A stretch of DNA of 62,888 nucleotides, filler included, from a bacterium (GTDB lineage Bacteria > UBP15 > UBA6099 > JAJRTR01), in NCBI GenBank assembly GCA_024278215.1. It is 5 parts of 5 records of this genome, joined end to end, with 100 filler letters (N's around TTAATTAATTAA, not from the genome) between each part and the next. Parts side by side here need not be neighbours in the genome. Positions count along the whole stretch, not along the records: positions 50,502 to 59,459 come from JAJRTR010000037.1; positions 59,560 to 62,888 come from JAJRTR010000047.1; 3 more parts are not named here. One strand, written 5' to 3'. Below are positions 52,447-62,435 of the stretch, piece by piece; the first letter of the stretch is position 1; the number at the start of each line of letters is the position of its first letter. Made by a program: the position numbers and the translations under genes. The notes beneath the pieces are model-generated. The model was not told where the DNA came from, did no database searches, and saw only the letters and a program-made list of their open reading frames with translations.

Positions 52447-55400
52447 GTGAAAGCCGGTGACTACAGACGTCTTTTCAGCTCCGATGTATGCACACGCGGG
52501 CTGAACTATTTCAAGCAGGACCGCGTCGAGCTTACAGAATGTGGCGGCAATAATGTTTCCGCCATAGTCTACGGTACGGAAGTCTATACCACATCAATAA
52601 TATTCGACGATAACGCCGATATCAAACGGATGTCGTGTACTTGCCCGTATTACACAGGCTGGGAAAGCAACTGCAAACATCTCTGGGCCACAATTCTCAA
52701 GTGCGAGGCGGCGGAAGAACAGTCGAAACAGAGCGGGAAACATGTACTTTCTCCATTTTCTCCTAAAAAGACAAAATTCTGGAAATCAGCGCTAATCAAA
52801 ATTGAATCGGCAGCCGTTGCCGGGACGAAACCGGCCGCCCGTGAAGATGTTTCCTCTTACGGATTACCTTTCTATCTGCTGGATATAGAGCTTACGATAC
52901 GGCAGGGAGTTCCTTCGCTCGTATTATGCAGAATGACCATGAAGAAAACCGGCGAATGGGGCGCTATTAGAAGTATTCATTCTTATGAGACATACTTGTT
53001 CAAAAAAACCGGCAATTATCGTGATTTCCAGATCGTCGCGATTCTGAATTCGATGAGAAGTGAAATGTTTTTTGAACCCTATGCGGCAGGCTATGGCACA
53101 TTCGATGTTTTTTCTACCGCACGCATAGTTGATTTGATCCCGATGATGCTCGAGACGGGCCGTTTCGGCTTTATGGAAAAGAAGGGCAGTCGACCGGTTA
53201 TCGTTTCCGAAGACACGCAAGGAGCGTGGAGACTGCAATACTTCCTCGACGGAAACGACGATGAGGGATACCGGATACACAGACACTTCAGGCGCGGCGA
53301 TGAGACTATCGACTACGAGGATACAAACCTGATACTAGACGGCGACCCGATGTGGTGTTTCGCAGGCGAGAAGTGCCTGCGCGTGGAAAAAGAATATAGT
53401 TTTGCATGGGTGGTGGGTTTCGCGAGAGACGCGGAGATAGTTATCGAGAAGGAAGACCTTCCGGAGTTTTTTGAAATCGTTTCGAGAGGCGGGTCCACCG
53501 CACCCGATTTCCAGTTGCCGGACAGCATCGATGTCACCGAGGACGACAGCATCGAGCCGGTTCCCGAGCTGGTGGTGGAGTTCAAAGATAAAGAAGTGAC
53601 GGGCAGTCTTTCTTTCATCTATGAAACACATACCATCGGCGAAAACGACCGCCGCTCGCGAATCCTGAACGTAGGCGACTGGCGATACATAATACGCGAC
53701 GAAAAAACCGAAAACGCGGCCCGCGCGCTGCTCGAAGAAGTCGGCTTCGGACCTGTCGGAGAAGGCGCAAAACGCCGCATATCAATTCAGACGGCTTTCG
53801 ATGCGCTCGAGAAACTCGTCGGCGCGGGCTGGAGCGTGCTGGGCCGCGAAGGCAAACCCATCTCGGCTCACAGCGGTTTCAGTATGAACGTCAGCTCCGG
53901 CATAGACTGGTTCGACATCGAAGGAAGCGTTTCGTACGGCGACATCGACATACCCCTGCTCGATATGATCGAACAATACGCCTCCGGCGACCGCCTTGTC
54001 AGGCTCGACGACGGCACAATGGGCCTCATGCCCGCCAAGTGGCTTCAACAGAACATGTCGCTGCTCGAACTCGGCAGGTCCGGCGACGACACGATCCGAT
54101 ATTCGAAGGCGCAGATCAGCCTGCTCGATACCCTGCTGGATCAATCGCCCGCCGCCACTTTCGACGAGAAATTCAGAGCGGCACGCGATAAATTTAAAAA
54201 GTTCGACAAGATCGAACCTGTCAAACTCACAAGAGCCTTCAAGGGCAAACTGCGCGAATACCAGAAGGAAGGCCTCTACTGGCTGAATTTCCTCGACGAC
54301 TTCGGGTTCGGCGGCTGCCTCGCGGACGACATGGGACTGGGCAAAACTGTGCAGGCGCTCGCCCTGCTCAGCCTCCCGGCCGTCCGCAAAAAGGGCGTCT
54401 CCCTCGTCGTGGCTCCCACCTCACTTGTCTTCAACTGGCTGGCCGAAGCAAAACGTTTCACCCCTGGCCTCAAAACCCTCTCATACACCGGCCCAGGCAG
54501 AAAAGAAAAACGCGCCTCTCTCAAACGCTACAACCTCGTGGTGACAACTTACGGCATAGTGCTGCGCGACATAAAAGAACTGCGAAAGATACAATTCAAC
54601 TACGCCATACTGGACGAAAGCCAGGCGATCAAGAATCCAAAAACAAAAACCGCCAAGGCCGTGCGCCTGCTGAAATCCCGAAACCGGCTCGTCATGACTG
54701 GCACACCGCTCGAAAATCGTCTCGAAGAACTCTGGTCGCAGTTCGAGTACATCAATCCCGGTCTGCTCGGAACCGAAGAATTCTTCTGCAGCCGGTTCAT
54801 CAACTCCAGCAAAAACACCGCCGTCGAAAACAGCCCGGCCCCAAAGCGTGAACTGCTGAAAAAGATAATAAAACCGTTCCTCCTGCGCCGCATGAAAGAT
54901 GAAGTCGAACTCGACCTGCCACCAAAAAACGAGCAGACACTCACCAGCGACATGACCGCCGGCCAGCGAAAAACATACGACCGGATCGCCGCATACTTCA
55001 GACAACAGATAATCGATTCGATGGACAAGCGCGGGCTCGCCCGCTCGAAAATGAAAGTGCTCGAAGGCCTGCTGCGACTGCGCCAGGTCTGCTGCCACCC
55101 CGCACTGCTCGACGAACAGCTAAACACGGCCCGCGCACGCAATTCAGGCAAATTCAACCTTTTCCGCGAAATGGTACTGTCATCCATATCGGAAAATCAC
55201 AAAATACTCGTCTTCTCCCAATTCACGTCCATGCTCGCCATAATCCGCAAATGGTTCGACAAAGAAAAAATACCATACGAATACCTCGACGGTCGGACAA
55301 GGAAACGCGAAGAACGGGTTACTCGCTTCCAGCACGACGACACATGCCGCGCATTCCTCATCAGCCTCAAAGCGGGCGGCCTCGGGCTCAACCTCACCGC

Positions 55401-55650
55401 CGCCGACTATGTCTTCATCTACGACCCCTGGTGGAACCCCGCCGTCGAAGCGCAGGCCGTCGACAGAACACACCGCATCGGCCAGGACAAAACAGTATTC
55501 ACCTACCGCCTCATCGCCGCGGATTCAATCGAGGAGAAGATACTCGAACTACAGAGCAGAAAAAAGAAACTCGTCGAATCCGTCCTCGCGGGCCAGAGCA
55601 ACCTCTTCCGTGACCTCACCCGCGAAGACATTGTTAACCTCTTCTCATGA
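52447..55650 (+). CDS. SWIM zinc-finger SNF2-family helicase/ATPase
   Basis: SWIM motif CTCP...CKH, LADDMGLGKT, LDESQ, TGTPLEN, SLKAGGLGLNLT, DRTHRIGQ. Confidence 0.95.
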   Translation: MKAGDYRRLFSSDVCTRGLNYFKQDRVELTECGGNNVSAIVYGTEVYTTSIIFDDNADIKRMSCTCPYYTGWESNCKHLWATILKCEAAEEQSKQSGKHVLSPFSPKKTKFWKSALIKIESAAVAGTKPAAREDVSSYGLPFYLLDIELTIRQGVPSLVLCRMTMKKTGEWGAIRSIHSYETYLFKKTGNYRDFQIVAILNSMRSEMFFEPYAAGYGTFDVFSTARIVDLIPMMLETGRFGFMEKKGSRPVIVSEDTQGAWRLQYFLDGNDDEGYRIHRHFRRGDETIDYEDTNLILDGDPMWCFAGEKCLRVEKEYSFAWVVGFARDAEIVIEKEDLPEFFEIVSRGGSTAPDFQLPDSIDVTEDDSIEPVPELVVEFKDKEVTGSLSFIYETHTIGENDRRSRILNVGDWRYIIRDEKTENAARALLEEVGFGPVGEGAKRRISIQTAFDALEKLVGAGWSVLGREGKPISAHSGFSMNVSSGIDWFDIEGSVSYGDIDIPLLDMIEQYASGDRLVRLDDGTMGLMPAKWLQQNMSLLELGRSGDDTIRYSKAQISLLDTLLDQSPAATFDEKFRAARDKFKKFDKIEPVKLTRAFKGKLREYQKEGLYWLNFLDDFGFGGCLADDMGLGKTVQALALLSLPAVRKKGVSLVVAPTSLVFNWLAEAKRFTPGLKTLSYTGPGRKEKRASLKRYNLVVTTYGIVLRDIKELRKIQFNYAILDESQAIKNPKTKTAKAVRLLKSRNRLVMTGTPLENRLEELWSQFEYINPGLLGTEEFFCSRFINSSKNTAVENSPAPKRELLKKIIKPFLLRRMKDEVELDLPPKNEQTLTSDMTAGQRKTYDRIAAYFRQQIIDSMDKRGLARSKMKVLEGLLRLRQVCCHPALLDEQLNTARARNSGKFNLFREMVLSSISENHKILVFSQFTSMLAIIRKWFDKEKIPYEYLDGRTRKREERVTRFQHDDTCRAFLISLKAGGLGLNLTAADYVFIYDPWWNPAVEAQAVDRTHRIGQDKTVFTYRLIAADSIEEKILELQSRKKKLVESVLAGQSNLFRDLTREDIVNLFS

Positions 55651-56186
55651 TGCGCCTGCCGTTTATTATGGATATTCCCCCCGAACGAACAGGGTAAAAT
55701 CGGAAATATGCGGGCTGTGAAGGATGTCCCCGGGGAATTCTTCACCTGGCTGCTACGTTACGCATAAATTATAAATCATAATAATATGCAAAACTGATAA
55801 TGAAAAAAGCGCATGTCTTTAAAATAATATTTTCATTTTACATTCGGTCGGCCGCATGGGTATGTTTGCTGATAGGATACAAATTAAAGGAGCACTTTTC
55901 AGCAAATAATTATAATGAGGTATGAATATACCGGAACCGAATATTATTGTCATACATGATTCAACTAAATACAGGGCGGTTTAATATCGAATATGAAATG
56001 AAGCAGGTCTTTAATTTTAAAAACAGGTATTCAAAAAAAAACCTTGATTTTTTCAACAAAATCACTTAAAAACATAAAGAACAGTTATGCTATCTTTAGT
56101 AACAGGATGAAATCGAATGTTATTACAATCCGGACCTCGAGTTTTTAATAATATTAATAACTGATTTAGATTGGAGACAGGCCTCT

Positions 56187-56582
56187 ATGTCATTGACTTT
56201 GAGCAAAATCAAGAAGGACTTCCAGCAATTGGTGGAAGTTGACAAACTGCAGAAGACAATAAGCATACTGGAGAAAGATAATCTCCATTTGCAGGAAGAG
56301 GTCAGAGCTCTAAGAAAAGAAGTTATGGGACTGGCAAAAAAAGTAGATTCGATGGGCCCCGGTGGTAAAAAATTGAAGTCAAAACCTCTAATTGACGTAA
56401 TCGAAGAGATAATGCAGGACAGCAAAGAACCTATGAAGGTTGTCGAACTCAGAAATATATTGCTCAAAGACAGACGGGTCAGAAGCAAAGCCGACAATTT
56501 TTATGCCGTGATCGCAACAGCTATGAATAATAGTGATAAATTCGATAAGGTCGGGCCTGGGGTATACGAATATAAAGGGTAA
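56187..56582 (+). CDS. Small basic protein: N-terminal coiled coil and C-terminal winged helix
   Basis: Heptad pattern in residues 1-55, GGKK linker, then LIDVIEEIM....PMKV.EL....F.KVGPGVY; GGAG SD; AT-rich gene. Confidence 0.7.
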   Translation: MSLTLSKIKKDFQQLVEVDKLQKTISILEKDNLHLQEEVRALRKEVMGLAKKVDSMGPGGKKLKSKPLIDVIEEIMQDSKEPMKVVELRNILLKDRRVRSKADNFYAVIATAMNNSDKFDKVGPGVYEYKG

Positions 56583-56606
56583 ACAGACGATCCAATATCT
56601 TTACTA

Positions 56607-56835
56607 AACTTGTGCGTTTTTCAATATATTGTGAGAGTTTTGGGAACATGACTGAAATTTGACCTTTAGTTCCGGATGTCCCCATAAATTCTACTACTGT
56701 CACGTCAGGCTTGTAATGTCTCAACAAGGGCGGAGTACGGTGCCCCCGCCCTACACTTTTATGGTTTTTACGCTACCCCATCTTACATCTTTTCTTTGTT
56801 GACATGACACTACCTTTTATAAAAACGCACAAGTT
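56607..56835. mobile_element. 229-bp MITE-like element
   Basis: Perfect 15-bp IR AACTTGTGCGTTTTT / AAAAACGCACAAGTT; CAATATCTTTA occurs on both flanks (3-nt offset on the left). Confidence 0.55.
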
Positions 56836-57179
56836 CAATATCTTTATTTCCCTGGTAACATGATCCGAAATTACAGGACTATTTTCGGGTATGTCACCCT
56901 TATTCTAACAAAATATTCAAAACCACTTAGTGTCGTGTCAACTTTGTATCGACGTTTTGAGGGCGCGGTCACCGTACCGTACCTGAGTATACATTACCCA
57001 TAACCCGCATGGTTTCACAAATGCGGGCAAAAAATCGGGAGAATGCCTGCAATACAAGGCGCGGCAAGTGAGTGGTGAGGAAGCAGCCGGCAACAACGGC
57101 CTCTTGCGTAAAAAACGAGTATGTGACCGATCCCGAATCGCCGCCGCAACAGGCGTAGAATAGGCGTTATCTCGATTTT

Positions 57180-57204
57180 CCGGATTTCTTTGTAAGAAAT
57201 CCGG
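57180..57204 (-). terminator. Perfect hairpin right after the lipoprotein stop codon
   Basis: CCGGATTTCTT-TGT-AAGAAATCCGG. Confidence 0.55.
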
Positions 57205-57205
57205 T

Positions 57206-58735
57206 TCAGAACGTCAGGCTCAGCACGGTGAACAGAGTAATAGCCGAGGTTTCATTGTTGTCGGAATCGGTGGCTGTGAGTGTGACGGTGTGAACGCCGG
57301 TGGAGATATCTGTTTTTGTAAAGCTCGAACCTGTGCCTATTTGCGTGGTGTTGTCGAGAGTCCACACGAGGCTGGAGCCTGTGAGTGAGCCGTCTTCGAC
57401 GTCGGTCGCGCTGCCTGAGAATGTGATGGTCGCGCCGGGCTGGTAGTTGGAGCCGGCTGTGGGCGATGATATAGTCACGACCGGCGCGTTGGTGTCGAGT
57501 ATCGTGATGTTCACGGTGTCCGTATCCGTCAGGTCGGTCGAGTCGGTCACGGTAAGGGTGATGACATGATTGCCGGGTGTGAGGTCGGAGCGCTGGACGA
57601 GTGTGCCCGTCTGACTGAATGTGCCGTCTATGCTCGAAGACCACACGAGGTTGCCGCCTGTGATGGTGCCGTCTTCATTGTCAGTGCCCGTGCCGGTGAA
57701 GGTGATGGTGTCGCTTTTATTGTAAGAACTGTTGTCGGTGGGAGTGAGGATAGTCGCGGTGGGTCCCGAGTCGGCGGTGGCGGCGGTGACGGTAATGGTG
57801 ATTTTGGAAGTTCCTGTTTTGCCTGCCGAGTCGGTGGCTGTGAGTGTAATGATGTGTGTGTTGACTGAAAGTGTAGTCGTGGCGATAGCGGCGCCTGTTC
57901 CGAGTTGGCCGTCCCGGCTGGATGTCCACACGAGGCTCGTGCCTGTGAGGGCGCCGTCCTCGCAGTCCGCGCCGCCGCCTACAAATGCTATTGTCGAGCC
58001 CTGCGTGTATGACGATGCGTCCAATGGTGATGTTATCGTTGCGCTGGGCGGCGCATTACCGTCTGCCGGTGAAAGTTCGAAGGAAACATCGGTGCGGGTG
58101 TCCGCCTGTATCGTTACTGTCTGCGAGTCGGGTGTGAGAAAATCGGAGTCGACAAGTGTTACGGAGTAGGAACCGGGCGAGATGTCGCTGATTTCGGTGA
58201 ATGTGCTCTTGCCGGTCGTTTTTCCATCGATATAAACAGTGGCGTCCGCCGGTATGTCGACGGGATAAGCAGAGCATGAAACGGTTGCGGAAGCGTAGAG
58301 GGAACCTGTGGTGGCGGGAGTAAGCGTAAGCTGGTCGTCGCCCACCTGGTCGTTGGCTATCGTGGTGGTTTTCGCGGTGACATCGACAGTGAAAGTGTTC
58401 GACGCGCCATCCTTTTCGACTTTGACGGTGTATGTGCCCGCATAGATTTCCGTGAATTTGAAATAGCCCGCGGAATCGGTTGTCTCGGAAGGATATTGTG
58501 TGTCGACGAGAGTGACGACCGCGCCCTCGACCGCGGAGTATCCATCGGGCACGGCACGTGTTGCGACATTAAGCGTTCGAGCCGCGAAAGAGTCTTCATT
58601 GTAGCTCTTCGAGTATACGTAACCCTCGAGGTCCGATGGATTCTGGTTGGGAACCACACTCGAGTTCATGTCGCTGCAACCCACGACAAAGATCACAGCC
58701 GCAAGCGCGAAAAGTATTGTCAGCCGTATTTTCAT
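57206..58735 (-). CDS. Lipoprotein with carboxypeptidase-regulatory-like, PEGA and three PKD/Big-like repeats
   Basis: Lipobox VVGC; TTDSAGYFKF; ADATVYIDGK; three repeats P..TI.SP...S.Y..G.TI.F.G...D.EDG.L.G..LVW. Confidence 0.85.
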   Translation of the reverse strand: MKIRLTILFALAAVIFVVGCSDMNSSVVPNQNPSDLEGYVYSKSYNEDSFAARTLNVATRAVPDGYSAVEGAVVTLVDTQYPSETTDSAGYFKFTEIYAGTYTVKVEKDGASNTFTVDVTAKTTTIANDQVGDDQLTLTPATTGSLYASATVSCSAYPVDIPADATVYIDGKTTGKSTFTEISDISPGSYSVTLVDSDFLTPDSQTVTIQADTRTDVSFELSPADGNAPPSATITSPLDASSYTQGSTIAFVGGGADCEDGALTGTSLVWTSSRDGQLGTGAAIATTTLSVNTHIITLTATDSAGKTGTSKITITVTAATADSGPTATILTPTDNSSYNKSDTITFTGTGTDNEDGTITGGNLVWSSSIDGTFSQTGTLVQRSDLTPGNHVITLTVTDSTDLTDTDTVNITILDTNAPVVTISSPTAGSNYQPGATITFSGSATDVEDGSLTGSSLVWTLDNTTQIGTGSSFTKTDISTGVHTVTLTATDSDNNETSAITLFTVLSLTF

Positions 58736-58930
58736 ATTCGATCATCCCACATAATATATTTGCCATAAAGAGACACTCGGCATCCCCGCGCATCCGGTGA
58801 TATATTATCAGAAATGCTGTTGTGTGTCCAATTTTATATATGGCCCGGCGCGTGGATTCAGAATAAAAAAATCAAGAGCGTCGATCGCGGCAGAATCAGA
58901 ATTTTGCAGTCGGCTCAGGATACTGTTTCT

Positions 58931-59458
58931 TCAGACCCGCTCGCAGGGCAGTTCCGCCGCGATGCTGTCGCAGATCGCCATTGTTCTGTTCTGCATGTCG
59001 AAGCTGCGGCTTGTGTAGATGATCGAGTCCCACAGTTCCGTAGCGGCGGCGCTGCTCTTTATTCTTCTGTTTTCATTGACGCCGGCCCCGCCGAGCAGAC
59101 TGATCTTTTCTATCGGCGCACACAGGTTCTTTCCGCCCGCGCCGCCGTCGTCTCCGAACGGTGTGCCGCATACCATTATTGTGCCCGCTTTGCGGCACAG
59201 CGCGACGACCCCGGCGGCCATCACGTCGCTTGCGGCGAATTTTTCGGCGACGGCTTTTCTGTCTTCGGCTGAAGAGCCGGCGTAGAAAAATCCTCTTCCG
59301 CCCACAGCCACACCGACACCGCTGAAAAGGCCTCCGCCCCGCTCCACCATCAGCATCGAAAACCATGCCGGAAGCCACGCGTCGAATATCCCGGCGTCCG
59401 CCGCCATCGAGACGGTTCCTCTGTTTTCGGACGGCTTCCACTCGGCCCGGAAGTCGCC
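58931..59458 (-). CDS. Degenerate HprK-related kinase-fold protein (5' truncated)
   Basis: Frame is open to the contig end: GDFRAEW...FDAWL...GGGLFSGVGVAVGGRGFFYAGSS...VCGTPFG. Confidence 0.5.
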   Translation of the reverse strand, partial: GDFRAEWKPSENRGTVSMAADAGIFDAWLPAWFSMLMVERGGGLFSGVGVAVGGRGFFYAGSSAEDRKAVAEKFAASDVMAAGVVALCRKAGTIMVCGTPFGDDGGAGGKNLCAPIEKISLLGGAGVNENRRIKSSAAATELWDSIIYTSRSFDMQNRTMAICDSIAAELPCERV

Positions 59459-59459
59459 G

Positions 59460-59559
59460 NNNNNNNNNNNNNNNNNNNNNNNNNNNNNNNNNNNNNNNNN
59501 NNNTTAATTAATTAANNNNNNNNNNNNNNNNNNNNNNNNNNNNNNNNNNNNNNNNNNNN
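59460..59559. other. Artificial contig linker
   Basis: N44-TTAATTAATTAA-N44. Confidence 0.99.
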
Positions 59560-59689
59560 CAATTCAAAAAACTTACCGGCGAATGGATCGACCTATCCGT
59601 CGAACTCGCCAAGCTTCGCAAATCAGTAAAAAAGGGGTAAAGTATTATCCAGAACTTGGTACTGTCCAGTACATAAGGCATTGTGTAAA

Positions 59690-60271
59690 TTATTCCGAAA
59701 GCTTTATCGTATGAAGAGGATTGTAGACAGCGCCGCCGGTGTGCAGCGTACTTTGATAAAGGACGACCTTTTTCGCGAAAAATGATGTGGAAGAAAATTG
59801 AGATTTCAATACTTTTTCTGGAACCGAACCGGGTTTCCTGAATCTCGCCAGAGTAATATGCACTTTGAAAGGTCTTTTTTCCATCTTGAAGCCAATAGTT
59901 CCCAACGGCGCTTCGAGGCTTCGGAATATCCTGTTGCAGCCTACATTCCCTGCTGTTGCGCCTACCCATAAAACGCGTGCTCGCGCCGGCTCGGGGAAAA
60001 CTCCCGTTCCTCCGAGCGACATCTCGAAATCGCGCCATCCGCCTGCCGATTCGTCCATAACTTGCTTCACTTTTTCGATTACCGGGATCGTTATTTCGCC
60101 AAGAAACTTGAGCGTGATGTGAAAACCTTCGGGCTTTGCCCATTTTGCATTGGGCAGTTCATTTGCAAGAGCATTCCGGAATCGGACAACTTCGCCGATA
60201 ATCCCTTCGGGGACAGGGATTGCGATAAATGCCCGGATTGTTTCTTTAGATGCGTGCGGCAACAACGACAT
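59690..60271 (-). CDS. thpR: RNA 2',3'-cyclic phosphodiesterase (2H phosphoesterase, LigT/ThpR)
   Basis: RAFIAI, HITLKFLGE, ARVLWVG, FKVHITLAR, LYQSTL...GAVY. Confidence 0.93.
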   Translation of the reverse strand: MSLLPHASKETIRAFIAIPVPEGIIGEVVRFRNALANELPNAKWAKPEGFHITLKFLGEITIPVIEKVKQVMDESAGGWRDFEMSLGGTGVFPEPARARVLWVGATAGNVGCNRIFRSLEAPLGTIGFKMEKRPFKVHITLARFRKPGSVPEKVLKSQFSSTSFFAKKVVLYQSTLHTGGAVYNPLHTIKLSE

Positions 60272-62435
60272 CCTTTACATCCATTATAGAATTACATACG
60301 TTATTTACGATGTTTCTGTCGGTAACTTCGATAAGAAATTCCATAAGCTCGAGTCCGTCGGGACTTTTCATACTGGTGGAGGACGACAACATATTCGCTC
60401 CAGTCAACTCGATTTGTGTGATGATCTGTCTGTATATATTTTTCGAGGTGAATAACTTGACTTTGATTCTTACAGGAAAAACCGCGCCTCCTGTGTTTGT
60501 CCACATCGACTGGACATTTCGAGTGAAGCCGAAAGGTCTCGACTGCGCCTTGATGCCGGTACATTCGCTCCGATGGATTATGATTTTTTTACCTGTGGCA
60601 ATCGCCATGATGTCGTCTCCCGGCACCGGCGCGCAGTAGTCGTCCAAATAAATATCGCCTTTTACGATTTTATCAAAAACGAAGAAATCACGGTTGACGG
60701 GATTCTGGAAAACGGGCTGATCATTTATCGAGTGTTCGAGTTCGAGGCCACTGAGCAGAGCAGAACGTTTATACTGCTCTTTCATTGCCTGTATGGCATC
60801 GTCTGTAATAACTTCTCCGTAACCGACTTTGCGGAAAAAGTCTTCGAGGTCAGGAAGGCGAAGGAAGTCGACAACCGGCAACAGGAGATTTTCCATATCT
60901 TCGATTCTGCCGGAAGAATTCAGGCCCATTGCCATCGCTCTGCTAAGCAGAGCGTCTCTGCCGGCCTGGGCTGCACGTCGGGGCGATTGTGTAGCAAGGA
61001 AGTCCCTTATATACATGCGTGCAAGTGGCGTTTTCGCCACTGTAAGCCAGCGCAGTTTCGGTCTTGCTTTTTCGTCGATTATGACTCTTAGCTGGTCGCA
61101 ACTCACAGGCACTGCATCGAGGTGGACCTCGCGACCGTTGAGTATTGCTTTCTTGAATTTATCGCCTGTACGGCGATCAATTTTATATGCGAAATCAAGA
61201 ACAGTGGACCCTTCGGGCAACTCGACACGCCTGCCGTCCTGTGTGATTACAAATATTTTTTTCTGGAGAATATCTCGTGTAATAATGTTGACAAGTGATT
61301 CCTCGGTGTCACTAGCTTTTTCGTTCCGAACATTATTGATTGTCGCTTTTATCTCGTCAATCCTATCGTAAATGAAATCTGTGCGTTCGAGTTGCTCGGG
61401 CTCGGATAAGGCATTGACCACCCCCAATGTGTTTACACGTTTCATTTCCGAGGAAACAATGCGCACGATAAATGGTCTGCCCGATTCGTGGAGCACGGAA
61501 GTCTCGATCATCCGCTTCATGTCGATAGAAGGAAATGCAATTGTATCCTGGAACCCGACACTCAAGCCCTGAAAACACCTGTGAACAGCACGCAGAGCTC
61601 TGTAGCAGTCTGTCTCCTCCGGGACTGTCAATTGCACAAGACCCGTGCTGGGAAATGCCGGTCCCCCCTCGTTCATAATACGGTGTATCCAGTAGAGGTT
61701 ATACCTGTAGCGTCTCACGTATGGCGCTATCTCCAGATGCAGAAGTTCTTCCCTGATACGCTCGCACATTTTCAGAAGAAAAGCATCTTCTTCCTCGACG
61801 ACGCTTTCGACGAAATCAAGTGTTTTCTTGTACTCTTCCGGATAGCCGAACTGGAAAGAAATGTCCTCGAGTTCCTGTTTCGCCGATTCCATCCCCAGAA
61901 ACGAAGTGAGCGGCACAAGAATCTGCATCGTTTCGTGAGCATTTTTTACTCGCTTGTAGCCCGGTAGAAACTCCAGCGTGCGCATGTTGTGGAGACGGTC
62001 CGCGATTTTTATCAGAGCCACACGAATGTCCTGCGCGGTAGCAAGGAATATCTTGTAGAAATATGCCGTGTCTTCATGTGTGCCGACAGGCAACTCGAAC
62101 TTCTTCAGCTTTGTCACGCCATCCACGAGAAAAAGAACTTCATCCTTGAATGTTGCCCTGAGTTGAACGGTATGAACTTCGGGGTCCTCGATCGTGTCGT
62201 GCAGAATCCCCGCAGCTATAGTTACCGCGTCCAGTTTCCAGTCGACAAGAATTTCCGCGACTGCGAGTGGATGAATAATTGCCGATTCGCCGGAGAACCG
62301 CAGGGACTTGAAGCGCTTGTTGCTTTCGACGGTGAATTCATAGGCGCGGCGGATGAGCTCGAGGTCTTCAAGGCTCATATATTCGCTTGCCTTTTTCAAT
62401 ATATTCTCAAGACTGTAACGGAAAACAAGCGGCAT
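60246..62435 (-). CDS. Long RelA/SpoT homologue with intact HD hydrolase, degenerate synthetase, TGS and ACT domains
   Basis: RFSGE..IIHP, LHDTIED, IKIADRLHNMRTL; TGS motif ELPEGSTVLDFAY; CAPVPGDDI...IHR.EC; C-terminal ACT. Confidence 0.88.
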   Translation of the reverse strand: MPLVFRYSLENILKKASEYMSLEDLELIRRAYEFTVESNKRFKSLRFSGESAIIHPLAVAEILVDWKLDAVTIAAGILHDTIEDPEVHTVQLRATFKDEVLFLVDGVTKLKKFELPVGTHEDTAYFYKIFLATAQDIRVALIKIADRLHNMRTLEFLPGYKRVKNAHETMQILVPLTSFLGMESAKQELEDISFQFGYPEEYKKTLDFVESVVEEEDAFLLKMCERIREELLHLEIAPYVRRYRYNLYWIHRIMNEGGPAFPSTGLVQLTVPEETDCYRALRAVHRCFQGLSVGFQDTIAFPSIDMKRMIETSVLHESGRPFIVRIVSSEMKRVNTLGVVNALSEPEQLERTDFIYDRIDEIKATINNVRNEKASDTEESLVNIITRDILQKKIFVITQDGRRVELPEGSTVLDFAYKIDRRTGDKFKKAILNGREVHLDAVPVSCDQLRVIIDEKARPKLRWLTVAKTPLARMYIRDFLATQSPRRAAQAGRDALLSRAMAMGLNSSGRIEDMENLLLPVVDFLRLPDLEDFFRKVGYGEVITDDAIQAMKEQYKRSALLSGLELEHSINDQPVFQNPVNRDFFVFDKIVKGDIYLDDYCAPVPGDDIMAIATGKKIIIHRSECTGIKAQSRPFGFTRNVQSMWTNTGGAVFPVRIKVKLFTSKNIYRQIITQIELTGANMLSSSTSMKSPDGLELMEFLIEVTDRNIVNNVCNSIMDVKDVVVAARI

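Noticed and set aside
55650-56186. AT-rich region as a possible replication origin
   Set aside because: No cluster of DnaA boxes (TTATCCACA) and no dnaA/parAB context.
59560-59640. 25-codon + strand tail (FKKLTGEWIDLSVELAKLRKSVKKG) resembling IS accessory proteins
   Set aside because: Too short and cut by the contig edge to support a call.
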